Source: Terriglobia bacterium (GTDB taxonomy: Bacteria > Acidobacteriota > Terriglobia > 20CM-2-55-15). Taken from it: DNA of 64,000 bases. The number at the start of each line of letters is the position of its first letter. The stretch's first letter is position 1. Positions 18,489 to 28,623 of this stretch are shown piece after piece. A program made the translations under genes and the position numbers. The notes beneath the pieces were generated by a model. That model saw only the letters and a list, made by a program, of their open reading frames with translations, had not been told where the DNA came from and searched no databases. The stretch is from the NCBI GenBank assembly GCA_965198225.1, contig CBDAOY010000007.1, positions 320,001 through 384,000 of the forward strand, in the 5' to 3' direction.

Positions 18489-19385
18489 ATGATCGCCGAG
18501 AAAGAAATCGAAGGAGGAGGCTTAACCATGGGGGAACAAAAGACCATCCGCAGAACGCTGGTTGTCCTCTTGTGCCTGGTCTTGGCCAACACTTCCATAT
18601 CCGCCGGGGCTCAGCAGGGCCCGTCCGTCGCGTCGCCGCCGAGCGATGCGGAAAAGGAAGAATTCCTGCGAACGGCGAAGGTCGTGCGCAAGACGGGCCT
18701 CGACGTGGGTGTCACCCGAAGCGAACGGGCCACGCTTGACGACGGGCGCCTGACACACGACGCTCACATCCAGACCATCGATGAATTCCGGCGAGGAGTG
18801 ACCACCTTGAGGCGATCCGTCGAGGTGAACTTTCGGGACAGTTACAAGTTCAACATCGCCGCCTACCGTCTGGACCGGCTGATCAACCTCAATATGGTGC
18901 CGGTCTCTGTCGAGCGAAGGATCGGTCGAGAAAAGGCGGCGGTGACCTGGTGGGTGGACGATGTGCAGATGATGGAGCGCGATCGCCATGAGAAGAAAAT
19001 CCAGCCGCCGGATTCGTCGGCCTGGAACGACCAGATGTACAACACACGCGTGTTCAACGAACTCGTGTACAACACCGATCCGAACCAGGGCAACCTCCTG
19101 ATCACGAACGACTGGCAGATTCGCCTGATTGACTATACGCGAGGATTCCGCACCTCGAAGCAGTTGAGGAGGCCTAAGAACCTCACGCCACGGATAGATC
19201 GCCGCGTCTACGAGGGACTCCGGAGCCTGGATCTGGAAACGTTGACGCGCGTGATGGACGGTGTGCTCAACAAGCCCCAGATCGAAGGCATTCTCGCGCG
19301 GCGCGACTTAATCCTGGAGTACTTCGATGGAGAGATCGCCAAAAAAGGAGACGCCTCGGTGATCTGCGACCTGACGGGGCACTGA
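18489..19385 (+). CDS. Exported atypical kinase-like protein (PI3/PI4-kinase/Fam20-like fold)
   Basis: Signal peptide; 'IAAYRLDRLINLNMVPVSVER', catalytic-loop-like 'VYNTDPNQGNLL', 'RLIDYTRGF'; alternative start at 18528, both starts with GGAGG. Confidence 0.65.
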   Translation: MIAEKEIEGGGLTMGEQKTIRRTLVVLLCLVLANTSISAGAQQGPSVASPPSDAEKEEFLRTAKVVRKTGLDVGVTRSERATLDDGRLTHDAHIQTIDEFRRGVTTLRRSVEVNFRDSYKFNIAAYRLDRLINLNMVPVSVERRIGREKAAVTWWVDDVQMMERDRHEKKIQPPDSSAWNDQMYNTRVFNELVYNTDPNQGNLLITNDWQIRLIDYTRGFRTSKQLRRPKNLTPRIDRRVYEGLRSLDLETLTRVMDGVLNKPQIEGILARRDLILEYFDGEIAKKGDASVICDLTGH

Positions 19386-19426
19386 GTCGGGTCATGTCCG
19401 GAATGACGACAACATCCAACTCTGCG

Positions 19427-20533
19427 CTACCAGAACATGCGGGCAGTCGTCGCTAATGTTTCGAGTTTACGTTTCTGGTCTTCAAAGGACAGGGCGTTGC
19501 CGATGATGGACGTTCCGAAGCCGCATTGGGGACTGACCGCGAGACGCTCCTCAGGGATGAAGCGTGACGCTTCTCTGATCCGGTCGGTCAGCTCTTGCAC
19601 CGTTTCCCTGCGTGCGGACTTAGTGGTCACGAGACCGAGGACCACGGTTTTGTCTTCCGGCACCTCCTTGAGCGGTTCGAAGGATCCAGAACGGGGGCCG
19701 TCGTACTCCAGCAGGATGCGCTGGGCGCCGATCCTCTTGAAGATGGGTCTGGCGATGAGATCGTAGCCGCCTTCCACGAGCCACCGGCTGCCCTGGTTGC
19801 CCCGGCAGAGGTGGAAACCGAAAGTCACACCGGAGTGGCTTCCGATCACCGCGTTGTCCATCTCGATGCCCGCCTGGAGCCATTTCTCTAACGTCCAGCC
19901 CCGTGATTCGTAGAACCGCCGCAGGTTGGGGTCGAGAAGAAGTGGATAGTGCGGCGCGTCGAGCTGGATGTAGGTCGCTCCGCATCGCACCAGCTCCCCA
20001 ACCTCCTCTTTGAGGATGTCGGTCACGTCCGCCAGGAACGCCTCCAGCGTCGAATAGGCGTTCGAGGACTTCTGCATGGACCAGAAGTTGGAAAAGAGGC
20101 TTGGGCTGGGGAGAGTGACCTTGGGGATCCGGGTAGTTCGTCGCTTGAGGTAGACAAACTCTCCGACAGAGAGCCACCGCTTCCTTTCGAGTTTCGAGAC
20201 CACCCCGAGCGAGCGGGGTCGCCTGGTTCGCTGGTCCCCGATCCGCGGGTCCCCCTTCCAGTCGCCCCAGAGAAAAGCGTCCAGGTCCCATTCACCGAAA
20301 CCTTCCACGGCTTCGGTCATCTGGCTCTGGAAGGAGAGCCGTCGCTGCTCCCCGTCGGTGACCACGTCCAGGCCAGCCCCTTCCTGCAAGGCGATGGCCC
20401 GATCAACTGCGCCATCCTCGATGGCTTTGAATTCTTCCGAAGAAAGGCGACCCGCGAGGAAGCCCTTTCGGGCTTCCAGCAGGTCAGCAGGACGGAGGAG
20501 GGAGCCGACCACGTCGGCACGGGCTGTCAGCAC
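19427..20533 (-). CDS. Cobalamin-independent methionine synthase II (MetE C-terminal-like) family protein
   Basis: 'DVVGSLLRP', 'VTDGEQRR', 'YIQLDAP', Zn ligands HLCRGN, LEYD, SPQCGF. Confidence 0.9.
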   Translation of the reverse strand: MLTARADVVGSLLRPADLLEARKGFLAGRLSSEEFKAIEDGAVDRAIALQEGAGLDVVTDGEQRRLSFQSQMTEAVEGFGEWDLDAFLWGDWKGDPRIGDQRTRRPRSLGVVSKLERKRWLSVGEFVYLKRRTTRIPKVTLPSPSLFSNFWSMQKSSNAYSTLEAFLADVTDILKEEVGELVRCGATYIQLDAPHYPLLLDPNLRRFYESRGWTLEKWLQAGIEMDNAVIGSHSGVTFGFHLCRGNQGSRWLVEGGYDLIARPIFKRIGAQRILLEYDGPRSGSFEPLKEVPEDKTVVLGLVTTKSARRETVQELTDRIREASRFIPEERLAVSPQCGFGTSIIGNALSFEDQKRKLETLATTARMFW

Positions 20534-20644
20534 GGCGTTGTTCTCGTTTGTTTACCCAACCCCGCTCATCCGGCGCGCGCATAAGGTGCATTCGCTAAAA
20601 CCCAATCTGAGTCGACCGTGGCTCCCGAATAATTCTTCGGATCC

Positions 20645-21943
20645 TCACTGCGATGGCGGGCCGGTCCACCGTGCCCGCAGGCCGGCGCGGTCTACAGCGT
20701 CGCCGCGGAGGTACACTTCGGCGATCTCCCGCGTATTGGTGATGTCGTCGAGGGGGTTGGCGTCCAGGACGATGAAATCCGCGCTCTTGCCCGTTTCCAC
20801 TGAACCGACGTCTGTAAGTTGCAACAGCTCGGCCGAATTCCGGGTCGCGGCCATAATGACCTCGGCCGGCGTCATCCCGGCCGCCACCATGTCCTCCATT
20901 TCAACGTGTGGCGCCCACGGGGTTCCGCCGTCCGTACCAAACGCGATCTGCATGCCTTCTGAACTGAGTCGGGCGAGATTGCGGGCCTGGATTCCGAAAC
21001 CCTCCTGAGCCTCGGGCCGATCCGTGGCCGCCTCCTGAAGTTGCTCGACCTCTTCGGCGGGCAGCGTTTCGCTCAACCAGCTCATGTCGTCCGCCACGCC
21101 TCGACCGGGAAGGTTCGGCACGAGGACTACATTCGGACGTTCCTTGACCATCTCGACGAATTCATCGTCGACGTCCATGTCCCGGACTCCGTGCGCGAAC
21201 GCGTCGATGCCCGCCCTCAGGAGCCCTTTTGCATCCTCGAGTGCAAAGATATGGGCCGCGACCCTCAGGTTGTTGGCGTGCGCCTCGTCGATGACGGCCC
21301 CGTACAGTTCGGGCGTCATCTTCTCGTACCTGCCGCCCCGGTCGTCGACCCAGATCTTGACCATGTCGACCTGTCTTGCGGCCAGCTCCTGGACGGCCGT
21401 GCGTGCCTCATCTTCGCTCGTGACCCAGTACGGGACCTCCGAGCGTCCCTCCTCCGGCCGTGTGATCCCGCGTCCCGCCGTGCGCAATCGCGCCGCGTTG
21501 GGAATCGTCTCTTCCCGGACCTGCGACGCCAGGTCGCCATCATCCGTGCCCATGCTCATGGCCACACCGATGCCGTAGTACGCCATCCGCTGCAGCTGAT
21601 CGACGAGAGCCTCCCGATCGCCGGCCGCGTGCTTGTGCGCGTCGACAATCGCGGGCATGACGGTCTTGCCGCTCAGATCCACACGCTCCGCTCCGGCCGG
21701 TGCGTTAATCTGCCCTCTCGGGCCGACCTGGGTGAAGCGACCGTTCTGGACTACGAATGCAGCGTCTTCGATCGGCTCGCTGCCGTCTCCAATGATGAGC
21801 CGCGCCCCCTCGAACACCGTGGCATCGACTGCCTCCGGCATCTCCTCGGGAGCCGGCGAACATGCCGTCGGCAAAACGAGAGCGATTGAAATTAGACCAA
21901 CAAAGAATGTCACATGACGTGATTCCGGCTTTAGACGGCGCAT
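20645..21943 (-). CDS. Amidohydrolase family lipoprotein
   Basis: Lipobox PTAC; DAHKH, VKIW, AAH, FAHG, FGTD; 'GKSADFIVLDANPLDDITNTR'. Confidence 0.85.
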   Translation of the reverse strand: MRRLKPESRHVTFFVGLISIALVLPTACSPAPEEMPEAVDATVFEGARLIIGDGSEPIEDAAFVVQNGRFTQVGPRGQINAPAGAERVDLSGKTVMPAIVDAHKHAAGDREALVDQLQRMAYYGIGVAMSMGTDDGDLASQVREETIPNAARLRTAGRGITRPEEGRSEVPYWVTSEDEARTAVQELAARQVDMVKIWVDDRGGRYEKMTPELYGAVIDEAHANNLRVAAHIFALEDAKGLLRAGIDAFAHGVRDMDVDDEFVEMVKERPNVVLVPNLPGRGVADDMSWLSETLPAEEVEQLQEAATDRPEAQEGFGIQARNLARLSSEGMQIAFGTDGGTPWAPHVEMEDMVAAGMTPAEVIMAATRNSAELLQLTDVGSVETGKSADFIVLDANPLDDITNTREIAEVYLRGDAVDRAGLRARWTGPPSQ

Positions 21944-22320
21944 AGGAACCTCCTGCGTGAAACTGAAATTGCAGATTGTCAGCCGCAACCTCACCCTGCT
22001 CTTGAGTTACGGACCAGGGGCGCGCCCGGTGAACTGGACCGGGACACCGCAGGACCGCCACCTTCTCATGATGAGATCGACTGCTCCCCAGGGACCCCAG
22101 CGGCATAGCATCGCCAAAGTCAGAGTGGGCTCGCACGCGCACCCCAACTGGTGTGAGGAGAATCCACGATGAAGAATATGACTATTGGTGGGCAGCGACA
22201 AACAAAAAACTCCTGTCGCCAGTATCCTGGCTCGACTGTTTCTTGTATGACGGTGACTATCTATGGTAGCAAGCGGAGGCGGGACCATGACGTGTAGGAG
22301 GATGCGCGCCCGAGGATTGC

Positions 22321-22340
22321 GGCCACTAGTGGCCTGTAAC
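22321..22340. repeat. Isolated end/junction of the CTAG-bounded element
   Basis: GGCCACTAGTGGCCTGTAAC: a partial right end and a 15-bp left end sharing CTAG. Confidence 0.55.
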
Positions 22341-22421
22341 GATTTCGATTGGACATTTTTCCCAACTTTAATGATCATGCACTTGGAACGCCCCAGGCAT
22401 TCAATTCCGGGCTAAGCTGGA

Positions 22422-23840
22422 ATGATGAAAACAACGCCCGCGGCCGGTGAAACAGTCGATACAGAGGTCAGCCCCCGGGGGACTCTGGAATTGCTGTCGC
22501 AGCGCGAGGTGGAGCAACTTCAGTATTTAACTCGCTTCGGAATCGGACGAGAATTCCCGACTCTTCGATCTGCTGCGGCGTTGTTCCCTCGCCGTGATGA
22601 ACACGGACGGCAAGGAAGACGATGCCGCCGCGATATTCGACCGCTATAGCGATTTCTCCCTCGAGATCGTAAAGCGCACGCGCGGGATCAAGCTCAGGAT
22701 CAGAAATGCGCCGGCCGGAGCGTTTGTCGACCGCCGGATCATCGAGGGTATCCGCCAGCACCTGTTCGCCGTGTTGCGAGATCTCGTCTACATCGGCACC
22801 GAAATCGAACAGAGCGAGCGGTTCGATCTCGGCCGGGGAGACAGCATCACCGATGCCGTCTTTCACATCCTGAAACACGCTGGGATCCTGAATCCGAAAC
22901 TCCGGCCCAACCTTGTCGTGTGCTGGGGTGGGCATGCCACATATCGCGAACCGAGTACGAATACTCCAAAGGGGTCGGATATCACCTGGGGTTGCGCGGC
23001 CTCGACGTGTGCACCGGGTGTGGACCGGGCGCCATGAAAGGACCGATGAAGGGAGCTGCCATCGGCCATGCCAAGCAGCGGCTGCGCGATGCCCGTTATC
23101 TGGGTCTGACCGAGCCCGGGATCATCGCGGCCGAACCACCGAATCCGATGGTCAACCACCTGGTGGTCCTGCCGGATATCGAGAAGCGCCTCGAGGCGTT
23201 CGTGCGCATCGGGCACGGGATCATTGTCTTCCCGGGCGGTGCCGGCACGGCGGAAGAAATTCTGTACCTGCTGGGTGTGCTGACGGACCCGGCCAACGCG
23301 GATCGGTATCTGCCTGTCATTTTCACAGGTCCCAAGGAAAGCCGTGACTACTTCGATCAGATCGATCGTTTCATCGCGGCGACCCTGGGCGACGGGGCGC
23401 GGAAGCACTATCAAATCATCATCGACGACACGCGGGAGGTTGCGCGGCAAATGGCTCGAAAGATCCGCAGGGTTCAAACCGCGCGGCGCAAAAGTGGCGA
23501 TGCCTTCTACTTCAACTGGTTACTGTCCGTTCCCGACGGCTATCAACATCCGTTCGAGGTCAGTCACGAAACAGTCGCCGACCTCGTGCTCCATCGCGAC
23601 CTGCCGACCCACGAGCTGGCATCGAATCTACGTCGCGCCTTCTCGGCCATCGTGACGGGGAATGTCAAAGAACACGGAATTCGAATGATACGACAGCACG
23701 GGCCGTTCGAAATACTCGGGGATCGCGCCGTGATGGAGTTGCTGGATACGCTGCTTGGCAGCTTCGTCGATCAGGGTCGCATGAGAATTGCCAGCGAATC
23801 CTACGAACCCTGCTATCGGGTAGTCGCGTCGCAGGCCTGA
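22422..23840 (+). pseudogene. ppnN: Nucleotide 5'-monophosphate nucleosidase PpnN (YgdH), two frameshifts
   Basis: 'SPRGTLELLSQREV', '[12 protein letters not shown]', 'NLVVCWGGH', '[16 protein letters not shown]', '[12 protein letters not shown]', PGGAGTAEE, 'YEPCYRV'; frames change near 22530-22590 and 22940. Confidence 0.85.
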
Positions 23841-23911
23841 GGCGATCTAGAACGGGGAGCGTGCCGAAGCCGCGTAGCCCGCTTTGCCCGCAGCTCACAA
23901 ACGCTTCCAGA

Positions 23912-25981
23912 TCAGCCGATCGTTGATACGTCCCAGAGAAGTACCGTCGTATCGGCCCCGCCGGAAGCCAGCGTACGTCCGTCTGGAGAAAAAGCGACCG
24001 TCTTGACCGGGCCCGTGTGGCCGGTGATTCTGCGCAGTTCTGCTCCTGAGGCGACATCCCACAGCCGGATTGTGCCGTCGTCGCCGGCCGATGCGATGAC
24101 TTTGCCGTCCGGCGAGAAGCTAACCGCTGAGACTGGCAGCTCGTGACCCTCGAGCCTTGCCAATTCCTCTCCCGTCGCCACGTTCCAAAGCACGATAGAC
24201 CCTGGAACCGTCACTGGTCTGTACCCACGTGCTTCTGGCACCGCAGCCAGAAGGCTCCCGTCCGGCGAAAAAGCGAGAAACTTCGGAAACCTGAGCTTCG
24301 GGGTGTGGGAACTTTCGAGTTTCCGCACCTGCTGTCCAGAAGCCACGTCCCAGATGAGCGCTGTACCGTCTTTATCTCCGGACGCGAGTGTCTGTCCGGT
24401 CGGCGAGAACGCGACTGCCGTGTCCTGAACATTCCTGGAACGCACAACTTTGCGAACGAGCTCACCGGTCGCCAGATTCCATAGATGAAAACCCTGCTCA
24501 TAGCCCTGCCCGTATGCCAGCAGCCTGCCTTCCGGCGAATACGAGATTGATGTAATTGGGCCTACCCCCGTTTGGAATGATCTCACCGTCTCCCCGCTCT
24601 GGATGCCCCGGACAACCACGCTGCCTAGGGGCCCCCCAGATGCCAGCGTTCCACCATCGGGCGCAACAGCAAGCGCGCTCACGCTCCAGCGTTGGCCCTC
24701 GATCCGTAGACTCTCTCGACCGGAGGCCACGTGCCACAGGCGAACGACACCATCGTCGTCTCCTGATGCCAGGCTTCCGCCATCGGGGGAAAAGACGACG
24801 GCATTGACTGTCGCCGTCGAGCCCCCCGGACCGAGTTGCTCTCCTGTCGTCAGGTCCCAGAGACGGACATGCCCATCGCTGCCGGACGCGAGCGTTCGAC
24901 CGTCAGGAGAGATCGCAATGGAGGTTCCCTCACGACGCTTGTTCTGTCTAATTCTCAGTCTCTCTTGTGCGCTCGATGTGTTCCAGATCCGAATCAAGGC
25001 ATCGTCGTGCGTATCCACCGTAGCCAACACTTTTCCATCCGGTGAAAAAGCCACGGAACCGAGCCAGTCGACTCGGCCCGCCATTATCTCTTTACCCGTT
25101 CCAGTCTCCTTGAGACGAGCGATGCGATCCCGGCTGTCCCAGGTGAACATCCTGTCTCCGGGCAGCAACACTCTCCAACTTGCGTAGTCAGCTTGCAGGT
25201 AGCTCGCAACTCTCCCGAGGAAGAGTCGCAGGCTGCCGAGGAATCGAGAACTTGTCGCCGAGAGATTCTCTCTACCGGTAGCAATCTCCCAGCTGCGCAC
25301 GGGCGGGTCGTACCGGCCACTGGCTCTCAACGTCTCTCCGTCCTCCGAAAAGGCGATCGAAGCCGCTTCCTTTGCATCGATCGCCAGGAGCTCCTTGCCG
25401 GATGCGACCTCCCACAGCCGCACAGTCTTGTCCTCGATACCGGTGCTGATCTTCTCCCCGTGTGGGGCAGTCCAGAAGCCCCGGTCCTGGCTCCTCGACG
25501 CCAGGATCTTCCCGTCCGGCGAAAAACAGAGCTGATAGACCGACCCGGTCTGGCCGTCGATCCGGCGGATCAGGGCTCCTGTAACGGTGTTCCAAAAAGC
25601 GATGACGCCTTCGAGGTTATGGCCGCGGTAATTGCCGCCACCGCCAGCGACCAGTATCCGGCCGTCGGGAGAGAATCGGAGGTGGTAGATCAAGAATTCG
25701 GCAGACAGAGTCCGAACCTGTTTGCCGCTGGCGAGATCTCCGAGCACGATGGTCGCCCCGGCTGAGGTTGCGATTGTCCTTCCGTCCGGCGAGAAGGCGA
25801 GCGGGGATCGATCCGAAGGGAATCGAAAGTCGACGCTGCCGAAGCGTTGAATTGCGCCGGGCGGGAGTGGCTCCCCATACCTGTCCAGGCGTGTGAGGGC
25901 ACTCCTGTCTCCGGAGGTCTGACCAGCGAGGGATACCGTTGCGGAAAACATCGCGACCGCAAGTAGCGTGATCTTTCGCAT
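23912..25981 (-). CDS. Secreted WD40-repeat beta-propeller protein
   Basis: Signal peptide from the ATG at 25981; many 'AFSPDG...LASG...VRLWD' repeats; 'DRYGEPLPPGAIQRFG' leader. Confidence 0.88.
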   Translation of the reverse strand: MRKITLLAVAMFSATVSLAGQTSGDRSALTRLDRYGEPLPPGAIQRFGSVDFRFPSDRSPLAFSPDGRTIATSAGATIVLGDLASGKQVRTLSAEFLIYHLRFSPDGRILVAGGGGNYRGHNLEGVIAFWNTVTGALIRRIDGQTGSVYQLCFSPDGKILASRSQDRGFWTAPHGEKISTGIEDKTVRLWEVASGKELLAIDAKEAASIAFSEDGETLRASGRYDPPVRSWEIATGRENLSATSSRFLGSLRLFLGRVASYLQADYASWRVLLPGDRMFTWDSRDRIARLKETGTGKEIMAGRVDWLGSVAFSPDGKVLATVDTHDDALIRIWNTSSAQERLRIRQNKRREGTSIAISPDGRTLASGSDGHVRLWDLTTGEQLGPGGSTATVNAVVFSPDGGSLASGDDDGVVRLWHVASGRESLRIEGQRWSVSALAVAPDGGTLASGGPLGSVVVRGIQSGETVRSFQTGVGPITSISYSPEGRLLAYGQGYEQGFHLWNLATGELVRKVVRSRNVQDTAVAFSPTGQTLASGDKDGTALIWDVASGQQVRKLESSHTPKLRFPKFLAFSPDGSLLAAVPEARGYRPVTVPGSIVLWNVATGEELARLEGHELPVSAVSFSPDGKVIASAGDDGTIRLWDVASGAELRRITGHTGPVKTVAFSPDGRTLASGGADTTVLLWDVSTIG

Positions 25982-26193
25982 ACGGGAACTCCTCAATAGA
26001 CCGCGATGATCTGCCGAATCCACCTTCATTTAGAAGTAAGTTCAGGCCGGGGGAAAGTCAAGAACAGAGCCCGGCGTCGATCGACGCGACACTTTGCCTT
26101 GAAATGGAGGTTTGAGTTCCAGAGAATCCACAAACACAAAGCCCGCCGCACCAGGATTGACGCAGCGGGCCCTAGGTTGGTCTTCTTAAATGG

Positions 26194-28623
26194 TTAGACG
26201 CCGGCAGCCTCGAGTGCGGCAAGCACGCGCTCGTCTCGGAACGGGACCCGACGGATCCGGACGCCGGTCGCATCGTATATGGCGTTTGCGACTGCTGCGA
26301 TCGTCGGCTTGCATGCCGCCTCGCCCGCGCCATAGTGCGGACGATCGGGCCGGTTCGGATTGGGATCTCCGTTCACGAACACGACGTCGATCTGTGCCGG
26401 CGTGTCGGCGTGCCTGAGCGTGGGATGAGATCGCCAGTCCCGGCTGGTCACCTTCTCCGTGTCGAACTGCACCTCCTCGTGGAGGGCGCGGCTCAACCCG
26501 TGGAGCAGGTTGCCCTCGACGGTGTTGCGCAGCCCGTCGGGGTTGACTACCAGTCCGCAATCGTGGGCGCAGACGAGCCGCTTCACCCACACGTGGCCGG
26601 TTTCGCGATTCACCTCGACCTCAGCGATCTCTGCGACAACGGTTTGGCCGCGGTAGCAGTACGCCACGCCACGTCCGGTGAGAATAGTGCCCGTGCCGAG
26701 AGGCTTCGGTGAAGGTCTCCTGTCCCACCCGTACGCCTCTGCTGCCGCCTGGACTACGGCGATTGAGCGGGCCCGCTTGAACCGAGCGTCGTCATCGGTG
26801 CTGGCCCTGAGCATCTTCAAGCGAAAATCGATCGGATCGGCCCCCGCCTCCGCCACGAGTTCGTCGATGAACGATTCGCCGGCGAACGTCGTCTGTGGCC
26901 CGTTGGGATCCCTCAAGTTTCCGGTACGCAGCGGGGTCTCGTAGGCGAGGGGCATGCGCACGACGTGCGTCTGCTGGCGCCGGTTCGGGATGACATACAG
27001 TTCCGAGGGCGGGGAGGCTCCGCCGGGCGCAGTCCGGGCAGGCCGAATCCCCATGAGCTGGGCGATCAACACGGTCTCGGGGTCGTTATAGCCCACGTGA
27101 GCATAGTCGGCGGTTCGGGCCCGGTAGTCCAGAGCGATGAGGTTGCCCTCGGCATCCAATCCGCCTCGCAGGTTGAATGTAAAAGCGGGGCCCTTGGTAT
27201 CCCAAGCCGTCTCCTCGTGCCGCATCCACTGGACTCGAACCGGGCGGCCGATCTCCTTGGCCAGGAAGGCGGCCTCAAAGCCGGCGTCATCGGCCGCGGT
27301 GCGGCCGTACACCTGGGGTCCTTCCATATAGACGACGCGGACCCGGTCCCGCGGCATCTCCAGAAATTCGGCGACGCCGCTTCGCAAGCCGTACGCTTTC
27401 ATGTCATTGGAGTAGATGGTCATCTGACCGTCCGACGGATCGGCCATGGCATGCGCCGGGCCGATGGCCGTGTGCCCCTGGAACGGAACATCGTATTCCG
27501 CTTCGACGACCTTCGCGGCATTTGCCAGCGCTTCGTCGGGGTTCCCTTCCACGTGCGGTACAGGCTCGGGAACGGTGCGGGTGCCCCTGGCCCGGGCGAG
27601 GGAGGTGGGCTCGGCGTTGCGAATGTACGTGAACAGGTTTTCCGATGTCGGGAAGGGCGGTGTCGCCGGCTTCTGCCAGTTTGCTTTGAGCTGTCTGGCC
27701 GCCTTGATCGCCTCCTCTTCCCGCTCGCATACAACCGCGACGTAGTTGCCCTTGCTGACGACCTTGATGAATCCCGGGATGTCCCGGACTGAAGACTCGT
27801 CGATGCTGGTCAGCGTGGCCCCCACCATCGGCGGTCTCACGTTGCGTGCATGAACCATGCCGGGAACAGCGACGCCGACGGCCCATTTCTGCGATCCGTC
27901 CACTTTGGGAGGAATGTCATAGCGTTGGACCGGCCGGCCGACGATCTCTAGGTCCTGCACCGGCTTCACGTTAGCAACCCCGGTCGTCGCATTGATGTTG
28001 TTGCCCGTCAGTGTGACGTTGAACCGTCTTCCGCCGATCAGTTCTCCGTAACTGACCTTCCTGGAGGGATTCGATTTGACGGCGATCTCACCCTCGCTGA
28101 CGGCGAGCTGATCCACCGGCACGCCAAACCGCTCGGATGCGAGCTCCAGCAGGACTCGGCGGGCCTCGGCCGCCACGCGCCGCATGGGCCAGCCATCCCT
28201 CTCGATCGCATCCGAACCGCCCGATCCTCCCTGGTCGACAGTTAGGTCGGTTTGGCCCATGATGAGGTCGGTCTTGTCAAATGCGATGTCCAATTCATCG
28301 CACATCAACTGGCGGAAGGCGGTGCCGGTACCCTGCCCACCGTCGGTCTTTCCGACGTAGAAGGTCGCCGTGTTGTCTTCATGAATCACGATCCACGAAT
28401 CGAGTTGCATTGAATCCGGATCGGGATACGGGCCCGCAGCTTGCGCCACTGCGGCTTGGGCGCTCGAACCCGGGCTGAACCCACCGGCGGTGGCCAGCGT
28501 CGCGGTGCTCAAGCTCACGACGAATAGACCCGACCTCTTGAGGAAGTTCCTTCGGGAGGTCGTCGGGTTCCACTTCTCCAGCACTTCCTGGACTTCTTTC
28601 GGAATGTTCGTGAAGGCTGTCAT
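26194..28623 (-). CDS. Xanthine dehydrogenase family molybdopterin subunit (IorB-like), Tat-exported
   Basis: Tat motif SRRNFLK; 'GKTDGGQGTGTA', 'RPVRVQWMR', 'AHDCGLVVNPDG', 'GAGE', 'ANAIYDATGVRIRRVPF'. Confidence 0.9.
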   Translation of the reverse strand: MTAFTNIPKEVQEVLEKWNPTTSRRNFLKRSGLFVVSLSTATLATAGGFSPGSSAQAAVAQAAGPYPDPDSMQLDSWIVIHEDNTATFYVGKTDGGQGTGTAFRQLMCDELDIAFDKTDLIMGQTDLTVDQGGSGGSDAIERDGWPMRRVAAEARRVLLELASERFGVPVDQLAVSEGEIAVKSNPSRKVSYGELIGGRRFNVTLTGNNINATTGVANVKPVQDLEIVGRPVQRYDIPPKVDGSQKWAVGVAVPGMVHARNVRPPMVGATLTSIDESSVRDIPGFIKVVSKGNYVAVVCEREEEAIKAARQLKANWQKPATPPFPTSENLFTYIRNAEPTSLARARGTRTVPEPVPHVEGNPDEALANAAKVVEAEYDVPFQGHTAIGPAHAMADPSDGQMTIYSNDMKAYGLRSGVAEFLEMPRDRVRVVYMEGPQVYGRTAADDAGFEAAFLAKEIGRPVRVQWMRHEETAWDTKGPAFTFNLRGGLDAEGNLIALDYRARTADYAHVGYNDPETVLIAQLMGIRPARTAPGGASPPSELYVIPNRRQQTHVVRMPLAYETPLRTGNLRDPNGPQTTFAGESFIDELVAEAGADPIDFRLKMLRASTDDDARFKRARSIAVVQAAAEAYGWDRRPSPKPLGTGTILTGRGVAYCYRGQTVVAEIAEVEVNRETGHVWVKRLVCAHDCGLVVNPDGLRNTVEGNLLHGLSRALHEEVQFDTEKVTSRDWRSHPTLRHADTPAQIDVVFVNGDPNPNRPDRPHYGAGEAACKPTIAAVANAIYDATGVRIRRVPFRDERVLAALEAAGV

